This document shows positions 11,621 to 21,535 of a stretch of 64,000 nt of DNA, piece by piece. This stretch comes from an uncultured Dehalococcoidia bacterium (GTDB taxonomy: Bacteria > Chloroflexota > Dehalococcoidia > Lucifugimonadales > UBA1127), in assembly GCA_964612825.1 (NCBI GenBank), contig CAZTCW010000033.1:69638-133637 (forward strand). Reading direction: 5' to 3'. The translations under genes and the position numbers were made by a program. The notes under the pieces are model-generated. The model ran no database searches and was not told the origin of the DNA. It saw only the letters and a list, made by a program, of their open reading frames with translations. Every line of letters begins with the position of its first letter. Positions within the stretch are counted from its first letter, which is position 1.

Positions 11621-11661
11621 GAATAATCATCTGTACAGATAAACGGAATGGGGGAATCGAA

Positions 11662-13320
11662 TTGACTTCACAAAAAGACCAATGGCGTGAAACTACCCTA
11701 ACACCTGCTATAAAGCGCAACCCAGAACGTCGGGAACGATTTGAAACAGAATCGAATATAGAAGTTGATACTGTTTACACCGACGAAGATCTTCAACAAG
11801 AAAACTTCCAAACGGATAAGGATTTAGGCTACCCCGGGGAGTACCCCTACACCAGAGGAGTGCAACCAACGATGTACAGGGGGCGACTTTGGACAATGCG
11901 GCAGTACTCAGGGTACGCCTCTGCCGAAGAATCGAACCGAAGATACCAGTTCCTACTCAGCCAAGGGCAAACAGGACTCTCAGTAGCATTCGATCTCCCA
12001 ACCCAGATGGGGTATGACTCAGATCATTCGATGGCGATGGGAGAGGTTGGGAAGGTTGGAGTCCCTATTTCGTCTTTAAAAGACATGGAAATCCTTTTCG
12101 ACCAAATAGATTTAGCCAAAGTCAGTACATCAATGACAATAAACTCCACCGCTTCAATTCTCCTTTGTTATTACGCCGCAGTAGGTCGCCAACAAGGAAT
12201 AGCTATAAAAGACCTTGAGGGAACCATTCAAAACGATATATTAAAAGAATACATCGCCAGAGGAACTTACATTTATCCTCCAAAACCATCTATGCGCCTC
12301 GTTACAGATGTATTTAAATATTGCTCGGAAGAAATGCCGAAATTCAATACCATTAGTATCAGTGGCTACCATATGAGAGAAGCGGGATGCACCGCCGTCC
12401 AGGAACTAGCTTTCACATTCGCAGATGGCATAGAGTACGTTCAGTCGGCTATTAATGCTGGTTTGGACGTTGACACATTTGGGCCACGTCTTTCATTCTT
12501 TTTTGCCTCGCACAATAACCTCCTTGAGGAGGTTGCAAAATTCCGGGCAGCCAGAAGGATATGGGCCAAAATTATGCGAGAGAGATTTAAGGCCCAAAAC
12601 CCTAGATCTTGGACTTTGCGATTTCACACCCAAACGGCCGGTGTCACTTTAACGGCGCAACAACCAGACAACAACGTCATTCGTTGTACAGTTCAGGCAT
12701 TAGCAGCTATCTTAGGAGGGACCCAATCTCTTCATGTCAATTCAAAGGACGAAGCACTGGCTCTTCCGACGCAAGAGGCTGTAGAACTCTCTCTAAGGAC
12801 CCAACAAGTCCTTGGATATGAGAGCGGCATAAGCGAAGTTGTTGATCCCTTAGGTGGGTCATATTATGTCGAACATCTCACAAATCAATTAGAAAAAGAA
12901 GCATTAAACTATATAGATAGGATTGATAAAATGGGAGGGGCGCTAGCTGGATTAGAGGAAGGATTCCAAAAAAAGGAAATTACTGACTCAGCCTATAAAC
13001 ACCAACTTTTAGTAGAAGGGAATGACCGAGTTGTAGTTGGTGTAAACCGGTTCACTCAGGGAAATCCTCCCCTTGCCGGTATCCTTCGGATCGATCCTGA
13101 AGAGAGCAAAAAACAGATTGAACGAGTTAAGCAGGTTCGAGCTAGTCGAGACTCCTCACGTGCAGAATCTGCTCTCTCCCGATTAAAGGAAATTGCACAC
13201 TCTGACGAAAACACCGTTCCCGGCATTTTAGAATGTGTGGAAGCATACTGCACCACAGGAGAAATTGCGGACGTTTTCCGATCTGTATTTGGAGAACAGC
13301 CACATCAAGCCGAAGTTTAG
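11662..13320 (+). CDS. Methylmalonyl-CoA mutase, catalytic (N-terminal) subunit
   Basis: [44 protein letters not shown] is the hallmark mutase block. No B12-binding domain is present in this ORF. Confidence 0.93.
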   Translation: MTSQKDQWRETTLTPAIKRNPERRERFETESNIEVDTVYTDEDLQQENFQTDKDLGYPGEYPYTRGVQPTMYRGRLWTMRQYSGYASAEESNRRYQFLLSQGQTGLSVAFDLPTQMGYDSDHSMAMGEVGKVGVPISSLKDMEILFDQIDLAKVSTSMTINSTASILLCYYAAVGRQQGIAIKDLEGTIQNDILKEYIARGTYIYPPKPSMRLVTDVFKYCSEEMPKFNTISISGYHMREAGCTAVQELAFTFADGIEYVQSAINAGLDVDTFGPRLSFFFASHNNLLEEVAKFRAARRIWAKIMRERFKAQNPRSWTLRFHTQTAGVTLTAQQPDNNVIRCTVQALAAILGGTQSLHVNSKDEALALPTQEAVELSLRTQQVLGYESGISEVVDPLGGSYYVEHLTNQLEKEALNYIDRIDKMGGALAGLEEGFQKKEITDSAYKHQLLVEGNDRVVVGVNRFTQGNPPLAGILRIDPEESKKQIERVKQVRASRDSSRAESALSRLKEIAHSDENTVPGILECVEAYCTTGEIADVFRSVFGEQPHQAEV

Positions 13321-13372
13321 AAGAACAGTGAGTTTATGAACCAGAGAATATAAATATTTGAGCTAAGGAGAA

Positions 13373-13798
13373 ATGATGACCCAAACATCTCAACCGTGTT
13401 CAGTAAAGCACTTGCACCATACATGTATAGCAGTTAAAGACATCGAGGAAACGATGAAGTTTTACACAGACCTTTTCGGGATAGCCGTTCCCGAAATAAA
13501 AGAGATTCCCGATCAGGGAGTACGAGCATGTTTAATGACCATAGGGGGGAGTGAACTTGAATTAATTGAACCTACTAACCCTGAAGGAGCTATCGCTAGA
13601 TTTATCGAGAGAAAAGGAGAAGGACTTCACCATATCGCTTTAGAAGTGGACAACATCAGCGAAAAATTGGCCCTCCTTCAATCTAAAGGCGTTGATTTAA
13701 TCGACCAAAAAGCACGTTCAGGTTTAGCCGGAACGATAGCCTTCCTTCACCCTAAAGCGACTCGCGGAGTATTAATTGAATTAGTTGAAACAGACTAG
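13373..13798 (+). CDS. mce: Methylmalonyl-CoA epimerase (VOC/glyoxalase fold)
   Basis: VOC fold of about 140 aa (HHTCIAVKDI ... HHIALEVDNI), located between the two mutase subunits. Confidence 0.82.
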   Translation: MMTQTSQPCSVKHLHHTCIAVKDIEETMKFYTDLFGIAVPEIKEIPDQGVRACLMTIGGSELELIEPTNPEGAIARFIERKGEGLHHIALEVDNISEKLALLQSKGVDLIDQKARSGLAGTIAFLHPKATRGVLIELVETD

Positions 13799-13810
13799 GA
13801 GGACATCACT

Positions 13811-14224
13811 ATGGGCCAGCAACAACCAATTCGAGTTCTCGTGGCAAAACCGGGATTAGATGGGCATGACCGGGGAGCAAAAGTCATTGCGCGTGCACTC
13901 AGAGATTCTGGATTAGAGGTCATCTACACGGGAATCCGGCAAACGCCTGAAATGATTGTTCAAGCCGCGATCCAAGAGGATATTGATGTCGTGGGACTTT
14001 CTATCTTATCAGGAGCACATAACGAGTTAGTCCCCCCAATTACGGCAAGCCTCAAAGAAAACGGTCTCGACAATGTCATTGTGATCTTAGGGGGGATAAT
14101 ACCGGAGGCAGACCGACCAGAGTTGTTCCAGCAAGGGGTTTCCCAGATTTTTGGGCCAGGGACGGCAACTTCCGAAGTAGTGGAATTCATTAATACAAGT
14201 CTATCCCCTCAAAAACCAAACTGA
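13811..14224 (+). CDS. Methylmalonyl-CoA mutase, cobalamin-binding (C-terminal) subunit
   Basis: [23 protein letters not shown] contains the DxHxxG B12-binding motif. Size is about 137 aa. Confidence 0.93.
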   Translation: MGQQQPIRVLVAKPGLDGHDRGAKVIARALRDSGLEVIYTGIRQTPEMIVQAAIQEDIDVVGLSILSGAHNELVPPITASLKENGLDNVIVILGGIIPEADRPELFQQGVSQIFGPGTATSEVVEFINTSLSPQKPN

Positions 14225-14345
14225 TATCAGTTGTAGATATACCCACTCATCCTACCCATTTTATCGAATGAATCCTTTCACCGACTGAAGGATAACCAGA
14301 GTGAGATATCCAGACATATTACCATTGACTAATAAGGAGTGAACC

Positions 14346-15764
14346 ATGAGCCAAGAGCACCTAGTACGTACCGAACGAGATTCCATGGGGACGATGGAGG
14401 TTCCAGTGAATGCTTACTACGGCGCATCAACCATGCGGGCCGTTTTAAACTTCCCAATTAGTGACCTTCGATTTTCAAGACGTTTCATACAAGCTTTGGG
14501 CTCAGTAAAAATGTCTGCCGCAACTGTGAACATGAAATTAGGATTGTTAGATTCAAACCTAGGAAACGCTATTGTACAAGCAGCCCAAGAAGTGGTTGAT
14601 GGCCGCTTTGATGAAGAGTTCGTTGTAGATATATTCCAAACAGGATCTGGAACCTCGACAAACACAAACGCTAATGAAGTGATTGCCAACCGGGCGACTG
14701 AAATCCTTGGGGGAGAAAGAGGGTCTCGATTGGTGCACCCTAACGACCACGTAAACATGTGCCAATCGTCCAATGACGTTATTCCCACATCGATTCATTT
14801 AGCCTCACTAATGGGGATAAATGAAGACTTAATTCCAGCCTTACAGGATTTGGAAAAAATACTGAGTGCGAAATCCAGAGAGTTCTGGCCGATTATTAAG
14901 ACTGGAAGGACTCATTTACAGGATGCAACTCCTATCAGATTAGGTCAGGAATTTCTTGGATACGCGGGTCAAATTCAAAGAGCACTAACTCGATTAGGCT
15001 ATGCTCAAGAAGAACTAGGAGAGGTCGCCCTTGGCGGAACCGCGGTTGGGACCGGAGTTAACGCACATCCAGAATTTGCTTCACTGGTTTGTGAAAATTT
15101 ATCTGAATTAACATCTACAGATATCAGAGAAACGACTAACCATTTTCAAGCTCAAAATTCTTTGGATGGGTTAGTCTCATCCAGTGGAGTCCTACGGACT
15201 ATAGCCATCAGCCTTTCGAAAATAGCAAATGACATCCGATGGTTAGGAAGCGGACCTCGAGCAGGAATTGGAGAACTTGCTGTACCAGAGGTGCAACCTG
15301 GAAGTTCCATCATGCCAGGAAAGGTGAATCCGGTTATTTCCGAATCCGTAATTCAGGTTGTTGCACAGGTCTTAGGCAATGACACTGCTGTAGCGTCTGC
15401 AGGCCAAGGAGGCTTCTTCGAATTAAATATGATGATGCCTGTAGCAGCCCATAACATTCTTCAATCTATATCTTTACTCTCAACATCCGCTGCGAATCTC
15501 TCCGAACAATGCATCAAAGACATCGCAGCTACTGAAAAAGGACCTGAAATGCTCGAAAAGGGATTAATGCTCGGCACAGCCCTGACACCGGCGGTCGGAT
15601 ATGATTTAGCAGCAGAAATTGCCAAAGACGCCTCAAAAACAGGTCGGACTATCCGTGAGACTGCTTTAGAAAAAACCCAACTTAGTGAAAAGGAATTAGA
15701 GGAACTATTAGACGCTGAGAAAATGACTCAACCGGGATTGGGTGGAGGTCCATCTGGAGGATGA
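14346..15764 (+). CDS. fumC: Class II fumarate hydratase / aspartate ammonia-lyase family lyase (probably fumarase)
   Basis: The GSSIMPGKVNP signature and QTGSGTSTNTNANEVIANRA look fumarase-like. However, AYYGASTMRA and the NPV after the signature resemble aspartase. Confidence 0.8.
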   Translation: MSQEHLVRTERDSMGTMEVPVNAYYGASTMRAVLNFPISDLRFSRRFIQALGSVKMSAATVNMKLGLLDSNLGNAIVQAAQEVVDGRFDEEFVVDIFQTGSGTSTNTNANEVIANRATEILGGERGSRLVHPNDHVNMCQSSNDVIPTSIHLASLMGINEDLIPALQDLEKILSAKSREFWPIIKTGRTHLQDATPIRLGQEFLGYAGQIQRALTRLGYAQEELGEVALGGTAVGTGVNAHPEFASLVCENLSELTSTDIRETTNHFQAQNSLDGLVSSSGVLRTIAISLSKIANDIRWLGSGPRAGIGELAVPEVQPGSSIMPGKVNPVISESVIQVVAQVLGNDTAVASAGQGGFFELNMMMPVAAHNILQSISLLSTSAANLSEQCIKDIAATEKGPEMLEKGLMLGTALTPAVGYDLAAEIAKDASKTGRTIRETALEKTQLSEKELEELLDAEKMTQPGLGGGPSGG

Positions 15765-15785
15765 GATTACAACCTATCTTTCTTC

Positions 15786-15825
15786 CCTAATTGTCAGTTC
15801 TTACAATTAGGAATTTCCCTTTTTA
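15786..15825 (+). terminator. Possible rho-independent terminator after the lyase gene
   Basis: 9-bp stem CCTAATTGT/ACAATTAGG (15786-15794 and 15803-15811) with an 8-nt loop. A T5 run follows at 15820-15824. Confidence 0.4.
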
Positions 15826-15880
15826 GGGAGAACCCATCGGAGAACAATTTACAACTACTTACTAAGTAAAGGGAGTCTCC

Positions 15881-16114
15881 CTATCTTATCTCAACATGCC
15901 AGGAACCAAATTGAAGAAAATCTTTTACCCCCATTTTTCTTCCCAGCATCGAAGACTCATACCACTTTTTCCTTCGAATAAGATAACGCAGACTCGCTCC
16001 ATTAACCAGGAAAAACCGTACTCCCCCAAGAACTGCGGTTATAAATTTACTAGATTTGATAAGCCAGTCAAGTGAAAAAATAATCGGGGCAAACAAGATC
16101 TTTCCCATAATCAA
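15881..16114 (-). CDS. Hypothetical small protein (77 aa, one hydrophobic segment)
   Basis: This is the only ORF in a 456-nt gap. GAGAGG lies about 9 nt upstream of the ATG. I recognise no family, so it may not be a real gene. Confidence 0.25.
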   Translation of the reverse strand: MIMGKILFAPIIFSLDWLIKSSKFITAVLGGVRFFLVNGASLRYLIRRKKWYESSMLGRKMGVKDFLQFGSWHVEIR

Positions 16115-16220
16115 AAACCTCTCGTATCAGATTAAAACATTTTTCGCTTCAACAGTATTGAAGTTCGAAAAACTTACGCTAACGGTTGAATTTAATTGTT
16201 AACTCATATCTCAGAAGAAT

Positions 16221-17531
16221 TCAATCATTTAAGTTTGGTATTTGATTCTCTTCGCTTGAAAGTTTCCATTTCGGGGGAGTAGCGAATATTGCTCCAAACG
16301 CAGCCAGAAGGCCCAATCCCCCGGCTAAGACAAAGGCAAAGTCAAAACTGCCGGTAGAATCAAATAGAACAGCAATGAACAATGGCCCCGCCAACTGGGA
16401 AACGGCTAAAAATGGTCGGACAGCACCTTGAATACTCCCAATATATCTTCTCCCATAGTAATTCGATAAAATCATGGGCTGTAAAAAGCTTAACGGCCCT
16501 CCAAAAAATCCAGTCGATACCAAAAACAATACGGCATTAAATGGGTAGGGTGCGATGACAAGGAAAATGATACCCATAGAACGAGCGGCCAAAAGTAAAA
16601 TTAGACATAACTGTGTGCTAATCCGATCAACTAGAAACCCCCACATAATCCGTCCGAGTGTGGAGGCCATCAGTCTCAGCGCCAAAATCTGCCCAGCAAA
16701 TTGAGCCGAAAGCCCCTTCTGTAAGGTAAAAAACGGAACAACATGGAGCGTGCTTACAGGGCCGGTAAAATGAGCGAGGTTCAGCACAAGAATGAGGATC
16801 CAGAAAGTGCGATTACGAAAAGCCGATTTCAAGGTCCAACTTGGAACTTCTGAAAAACTATTAGTATTTTTAATAGCCTCTTGGCTGCCGTTTTCAACAA
16901 CTCGGGAATCCCCATCAGGAAGAAGTCCTAGGTCCTCAGGTTGGCGCCGCATAAATAACCCCACAATGGGAACCATGACAATTAGAAGCCCGATTCCCAT
17001 AATCCCCCATGTATTCCTCCAACCTACCGACGCAATGAGGAAACCCACTAATGGCGAGAATACAGCACCACCAATGGTAACTCCAGAAGTTGTTACCGCC
17101 ATCGCTCTCCCACGCATTCTTATAAACCATTTTGCAACAGCGACCGGAGCAGTAATGCCACCTAATTCACCAAGTCCCATGGCCCCTACTACGGCATAGA
17201 GCACCCAAAATTGCCAGATATGTTCGATCTGCATTAATAATATAAAGCCAAACCCTGCTGTTAAGGCTCCAAAAAGCATAACGGGTCGTGGCCCAAAACG
17301 GTCAAGAAGTATTCCAACTAATGGCGATATTGCAAGAGCTAAAAGACCCTGTGCAGTCACGGCACCGGTAAGTTCAGTAAGAGACCATCCAAAGGTATCA
17401 CTAATAGGTTTAAAAAATAGGCCTATAGTAACGGATCCCATCCCAAGGCTAAATTCAGCTAAGAAACAAATTCCGAGAATAATCCACCCGTAGAAGAATG
17501 GGGGATTGAAACGCATTTTTTTCATCATCAT
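16221..17531 (-). CDS. MFS transporter (oxalate/formate antiporter-like)
   Basis: Twelve-TM-like hydrophobic profile with the LDRFGPRP loop motif. It is a paralogue of the ORF at 61357..62661. Confidence 0.85.
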   Translation of the reverse strand: MMMKKMRFNPPFFYGWIILGICFLAEFSLGMGSVTIGLFFKPISDTFGWSLTELTGAVTAQGLLALAISPLVGILLDRFGPRPVMLFGALTAGFGFILLMQIEHIWQFWVLYAVVGAMGLGELGGITAPVAVAKWFIRMRGRAMAVTTSGVTIGGAVFSPLVGFLIASVGWRNTWGIMGIGLLIVMVPIVGLFMRRQPEDLGLLPDGDSRVVENGSQEAIKNTNSFSEVPSWTLKSAFRNRTFWILILVLNLAHFTGPVSTLHVVPFFTLQKGLSAQFAGQILALRLMASTLGRIMWGFLVDRISTQLCLILLLAARSMGIIFLVIAPYPFNAVLFLVSTGFFGGPLSFLQPMILSNYYGRRYIGSIQGAVRPFLAVSQLAGPLFIAVLFDSTGSFDFAFVLAGGLGLLAAFGAIFATPPKWKLSSEENQIPNLND

Positions 17532-17643
17532 TTCCTGAATCCCGATGAAGTCGGTTTTCTCTTAGCAAGCCTACTTGGCTAGGTTATCCAGGAGAAATTC
17601 CAATGTTTATTTAACCCTAGAAAAACCTCATCTGGGTGAATAT

Positions 17644-17853
17644 CTACCTGCAACCCCCACCAACAGGACGAACTAGTTCTAGGTCATCGCCATCCACCAC
17701 CACAATCCCTTCATACTGTTCTTTACGGAGAACTTCGCCGTTGTAAGCAACGGCAATAAATGTGGAAGATACTCCGATATAAGAAAGAAAATCCATGAGG
17801 GTCATACTTTTCTCTATCCCTCTAATTTCCCCGTTCACCTTAACTGATATCAC
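17644..17853 (-). CDS. thiS: Sulfur carrier protein ThiS, with two residues after the GG
   Basis: 69 aa with a beta-grasp-like sequence (VNGE ... DGDDLELVRPVGGG), located last in the thiG-thiE-thiS run. It ends GGGCR rather than GG. Confidence 0.82.
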   Translation of the reverse strand: MISVKVNGEIRGIEKSMTLMDFLSYIGVSSTFIAVAYNGEVLRKEQYEGIVVVDGDDLELVRPVGGGCR

Positions 17854-17885
17854 GTTTATCCCTCTAATCGCCCCTTAGCAATTTA

Positions 17886-18512
17886 CTACGGTGAAATTGA
17901 AGTAACCAAACCCTTTGTTGCTTTCATCGGATCATCTGCTAGTAAAATTGACCGGATTACTGCCACTCCGTTTGCTCCAGAATTCATAACTTTCATCGCA
18001 TTCGACCCTGAAATCCCTCCAATACCAAGAACTGGGATTTCAATTTCCTTACTAACAGAAACCATTAATGGCAATCCGGATGGTTTATCGCCCGGATGGC
18101 TTTCTGTCGGGAACATTGAACCAAGCACCAAAAAATCTGCTCCATGCTCGCATGCTTTTATTGCTCCATTGACATCATGAACAGACCTGCCACAAAGAGC
18201 CCTCGAACCCAAAATGGATTTGACAAATGGTATTGGCAATCCGTTCTCCCCAATTTGAACCCCATCCGCATCAGCTGCTAGAGCAACATCGACACGTTCA
18301 TTGACGATAAAGACAGCTTTTCCGTAAGTAAGTTGACGAAGATTTTTCGCCAATTCCAAAAGTTGTGCCCCCTCGAGGTTTTTTTCACGTAACTGAACCA
18401 TATTTACCCCTGCATCAATGGCGATTGCCACACGTTCCAACATTACATTAGAGGAGGCAAATAGTTGGAGGTCCGTAACCAAAGCAAGACAGGGGAAAAC
18501 AAGTTTACTCAT
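17886..18512 (-). CDS. thiE: Thiamine-phosphate synthase
   Basis: TIM-barrel ThiE-like sequence (VQLREK, GADGVQIG, VLGIGGI), located between thiG and thiS. Confidence 0.9.
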   Translation of the reverse strand: MSKLVFPCLALVTDLQLFASSNVMLERVAIAIDAGVNMVQLREKNLEGAQLLELAKNLRQLTYGKAVFIVNERVDVALAADADGVQIGENGLPIPFVKSILGSRALCGRSVHDVNGAIKACEHGADFLVLGSMFPTESHPGDKPSGLPLMVSVSKEIEIPVLGIGGISGSNAMKVMNSGANGVAVIRSILLADDPMKATKGLVTSISP

Positions 18513-18514
18513 TT

Positions 18515-19312
18515 CTAACTCTGGACAGAACTAGGAGAAATTTCTGGAATTCCTTTAGTGGGGCTACTAGGATCCGCAAAGGATTTTCGGGGAATCCTGC
18601 CAGCAAGATAGGCCATTCTCCCGGCCTCCACTCCTTTTTTAAATGCCGCCCCCATCAAACCAGGGTTTTCAGCCTGAGCAATCGCGGTATTTACCAAAAC
18701 GGCCTGTGCTCCCATTTCCATCGCCTCCGAAGCGTCTGAAGGAACTCCGAGACCAGCATCCACGACTACTGGAATGTCTGCGGCCCCAATGATTATTCGA
18801 ATTTCCTCTACCGTATGGATCCCTTGCCCAGAACCAATGGCGGAACCTAAAGGCATAACTGTAGCACAACCCAAGTTTTCAAGCTGGGCAGCTAAAACTG
18901 GGTCAGCATGAATATAGGGCAATACTACAAATCCTTGATTGAGTAATTCCTTAGCTGCTTGAAGCGTGCCTATAGGGTCTGGGAACAAAAATTGAGGGTC
19001 TGGAATCACTTCTAATTTTACCCAATTAGAACCGGTCACTTCACGACCGAGCTTAGCTGTGAATATTGCTTCTTCGACCGTCTTAGAACCAGCAGTATTA
19101 GGAAGTATCGAATATTTAGTCCAATCAATAAAATCAAGAATGTTTTTCTCTTCCGGTTTATCTAGAGGAAGCCGCCTAATTGCGACCGTTATCATTTCGG
19201 CTCCAGAAGCCACCAGGGCTTCCTGCATGTCTTCATATGAACGGTATCTTCCTGTACCCAAAATCAGGCGGGAAGAAAACGATTTCCCTGCAATAATAAG
19301 CGGATCATTCAT
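18515..19312 (-). CDS. thiG: Thiazole synthase
   Basis: LIIAGKSFSSRLILGTGRY, ILPNTAG and VMPLGSAIGSGQG. The Met at 19312 gives the usual ~265 aa. The track start at 19381 adds 23 aa. Confidence 0.93.
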   Translation of the reverse strand: MNDPLIIAGKSFSSRLILGTGRYRSYEDMQEALVASGAEMITVAIRRLPLDKPEEKNILDFIDWTKYSILPNTAGSKTVEEAIFTAKLGREVTGSNWVKLEVIPDPQFLFPDPIGTLQAAKELLNQGFVVLPYIHADPVLAAQLENLGCATVMPLGSAIGSGQGIHTVEEIRIIIGAADIPVVVDAGLGVPSDASEAMEMGAQAVLVNTAIAQAENPGLMGAAFKKGVEAGRMAYLAGRIPRKSFADPSSPTKGIPEISPSSVQS

Positions 19313-19426
19313 CGGGAATTTTGCTCCTGCACCAAGGGCTCCTATTTGCCCTTCTAGGATCATTTTCAGAATTAGGGACAAATTGAAAATAAGTGGGCTC
19401 TATTCACGGACGTCCCGGAAATCAAC

Positions 19427-19771
19427 CTAGCATACGGTTTGTCTGGAAGTCAATACGACATAAATTACTGCAAATAAATTGTCCTCATAACTGTAACTTC
19501 CCAAATTCGATTCAACGATGGGAATCAACAAGGTCATTTTTTCGCTGGAATAAATTTTGACTGGTGTTCTTGACTCCCCATTTTGTAGTAGAGTATACAG
19601 GGGTTTGATTCCTTTGAACTTATCAATCATCCACCAAAAATCCCCATTCGTTGCTGGGGTTACTGGAAATTCTTTCCAAGGATAACGAGTTACAATTTCA
19701 CGGTTTATGGGAGGTAGAACTATGCCGTCATTTGATGTCGTATCAAAAACAGACCTAATGGAAGTTGACAA
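19427..19771 (-). CDS. Hypothetical protein (start uncertain)
   Basis: ORF directly upstream of thiG on the same strand. Its first ~50 nt overlap the divergent yajQ start, so an internal start such as the Met at 19630 is more likely. I recognise no family. Confidence 0.3.
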   Translation of the reverse strand: MSTSIRSVFDTTSNDGIVLPPINREIVTRYPWKEFPVTPATNGDFWWMIDKFKGIKPLYTLLQNGESRTPVKIYSSEKMTLLIPIVESNLGSYSYEDNLFAVIYVVLTSRQTVC

Positions 19772-20207
19772 TGCAATGCATGGCGTTCAACGAGAAATTA
19801 AGCAACGTTACGACCTAAAAGGAACAAAGTGTGAAATAGAACGCACGGAGAATACCCTTACTGTTACTGCTGACGACACCACAAAATTGTCTGAATTAGA
19901 AGAATTACTGCGGAAATATCTGGTTCGTCGACAAGTAGACCAACGTTCGTTCGAATTCAATCCCACCCAAAATGCTTCAGGCGGGTCCATTAAACGCACC
20001 ATTTCCATAAAACAGGGAATCGAGAGCGATTTAGCACGAAAAATCGTGAAGGAAGTTCGGGCCACAAAAACCAAAGTCCAATTAGCTATCCAAGGGACTG
20101 AACTACATATCACTGGAAAAAATCGCGATGACCTGCAAAAAACAATCGCGTTCATCAAAGAGATGGATATTGAAGTGCCGTTACAATATGTAAACTTTCG
20201 TAATTAA
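19722..20207 (+). CDS. yajQ: YajQ family nucleotide/cyclic-di-GMP-binding protein (UPF0234)
   Basis: MPSFDVVSKTDLMEVDNA is the canonical YajQ N-terminus. GGGAGG lies 7 nt upstream of the ATG at 19722. Confidence 0.9.
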   Translation: MPSFDVVSKTDLMEVDNAMHGVQREIKQRYDLKGTKCEIERTENTLTVTADDTTKLSELEELLRKYLVRRQVDQRSFEFNPTQNASGGSIKRTISIKQGIESDLARKIVKEVRATKTKVQLAIQGTELHITGKNRDDLQKTIAFIKEMDIEVPLQYVNFRN

Positions 20208-20245
20208 TCCCCCCAAATAATAAGGAACGTTAACCCCAACTTGGA

Positions 20246-21475
20246 TTAGGTTAATAGACGAGAGGCCCCTTCCCCCAGAAGGTAACCTACACCGGTAGCC
20301 AAAAGCCCAACAAATAGAATTTCGACTCCTTGGATTAACGGGGCTTTTTTCACTACTCTCCCTTTAGCCATCCCTAATGCAAAAAGTCCAACTAACGCAG
20401 CCACAATGGAGATGACCATGGCATTTTGTTCGGCCATTAGGAAGTAAGGGATAATTGGAACAATTGCCCCTGCAATGAAAGCTCCCGCCATGGTGAATCC
20501 ATCTTTTATCGGGCTTTGAAGAACATCCGGATTGATGCCAAGTTCTTTCTCAACTAAAGTGCGTAACCAAAGATCTTTATCCAACGCGATGTGTTCTGCC
20601 ATGGTCTTAGCCTGACTGTAAGTTAAACCCTGCTGATGGAATAAGAAAACGAGTTCTGCCATTTCTTCCGCAGGGTTTTCCTCCAACTCTTTGGCTTCCT
20701 TTGCAATCTCCGCTTTATACAAATCTTTTTCTGCCTTGGAGCCTAAATAACTTCCTGAGCCCATCGAAAACATTCCCGCCAAGGCTGCTGCTAATCCTGC
20801 GGCGATGATTGTAGGAGCTTCCCCAACTGCTGCAGCCACGGAGGTAACCAAGGCTACGGTACTCAATAAACCATCTTGTGCTCCAAAAACCACCTCCCGA
20901 ATCCTACCGAATGCAGCAACTCTCTGACGTTCGCCATCCAATTCTAATCCGGCATCCGATAAGAAATTATCTTTCGGTAAAGGATTTCCTTTTGGAAGTT
21001 GAATAGGACTCACTGCTTTAAGGGAATCTGGAATTGGATTTTCTTTGGAATAATCAGATACCATTTCTGCCAATTTTAATTCAAGGGCCTCTAAAGACTT
21101 TGAGAATGTTTCTAGATGCTGAATTTCTTTATCCATGGCCAAACGAAATGTTTCTGCCGCTTCATGCTGGCCTTCATCCAATGCGTCGCGAATCATCCTA
21201 GGATAGAGGGTGGAAAACTCCTTGGATTCACCTGCGATAACACCTTTCAAATTCTCTGTAGATGTTTTTATTTCCCCTGTGACCTTCAGATGATTTATAC
21301 CGTGGATTGTCTCGGCGCCAGCGACTTCTTGGAACACCTGTCCGATTTCAGGGTGCCCTTCTTCAAGAGCTTTCATAGCAAAAGCGGTATATTTCATATG
21401 CGCCAAAGATTCAGAGACTATGGCATTCCAAAGATTCCGTTCAGTTTGGGAGGTTTGTTGTATCAACTTTGGCAT
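20246..21475 (-). CDS. Erythrin-VIT1 fusion (MbfA-like membrane-bound ferritin / iron exporter)
   Basis: N-terminal rubrerythrin/ferritin-like helices (ESLAHMKYTAF ... AGAETIHG) and a C-terminal VIT1/CCC1 membrane domain (GAQDGLLSTVALV). The ATG at 21475 follows AAGGAGG. Confidence 0.8.
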   Translation of the reverse strand: MPKLIQQTSQTERNLWNAIVSESLAHMKYTAFAMKALEEGHPEIGQVFQEVAGAETIHGINHLKVTGEIKTSTENLKGVIAGESKEFSTLYPRMIRDALDEGQHEAAETFRLAMDKEIQHLETFSKSLEALELKLAEMVSDYSKENPIPDSLKAVSPIQLPKGNPLPKDNFLSDAGLELDGERQRVAAFGRIREVVFGAQDGLLSTVALVTSVAAAVGEAPTIIAAGLAAALAGMFSMGSGSYLGSKAEKDLYKAEIAKEAKELEENPAEEMAELVFLFHQQGLTYSQAKTMAEHIALDKDLWLRTLVEKELGINPDVLQSPIKDGFTMAGAFIAGAIVPIIPYFLMAEQNAMVISIVAALVGLFALGMAKGRVVKKAPLIQGVEILFVGLLATGVGYLLGEGASRLLT

Positions 21476-21535
21476 GACCCTCCTTTGCAAAAACTTTGCA
21501 TTATGTAAACATAAAACCCTATATACTCTACTAGG

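Noticed and set aside
11519-11661. A cobalamin riboswitch upstream of the B12-dependent mutase.
   Set aside because: The gap is only ~140 nt and contains a promoter-like site. I could not find a B12-box-like conserved core. Mutase genes are also not typical targets of that riboswitch.
13796-13813. The epimerase and the B12-binding mutase subunit are in the same frame with a short spacer, which could indicate a readthrough fusion.
   Set aside because: The stop is TAG and is followed by GAGGA and a well-spaced ATG. These are two well-known separate proteins.
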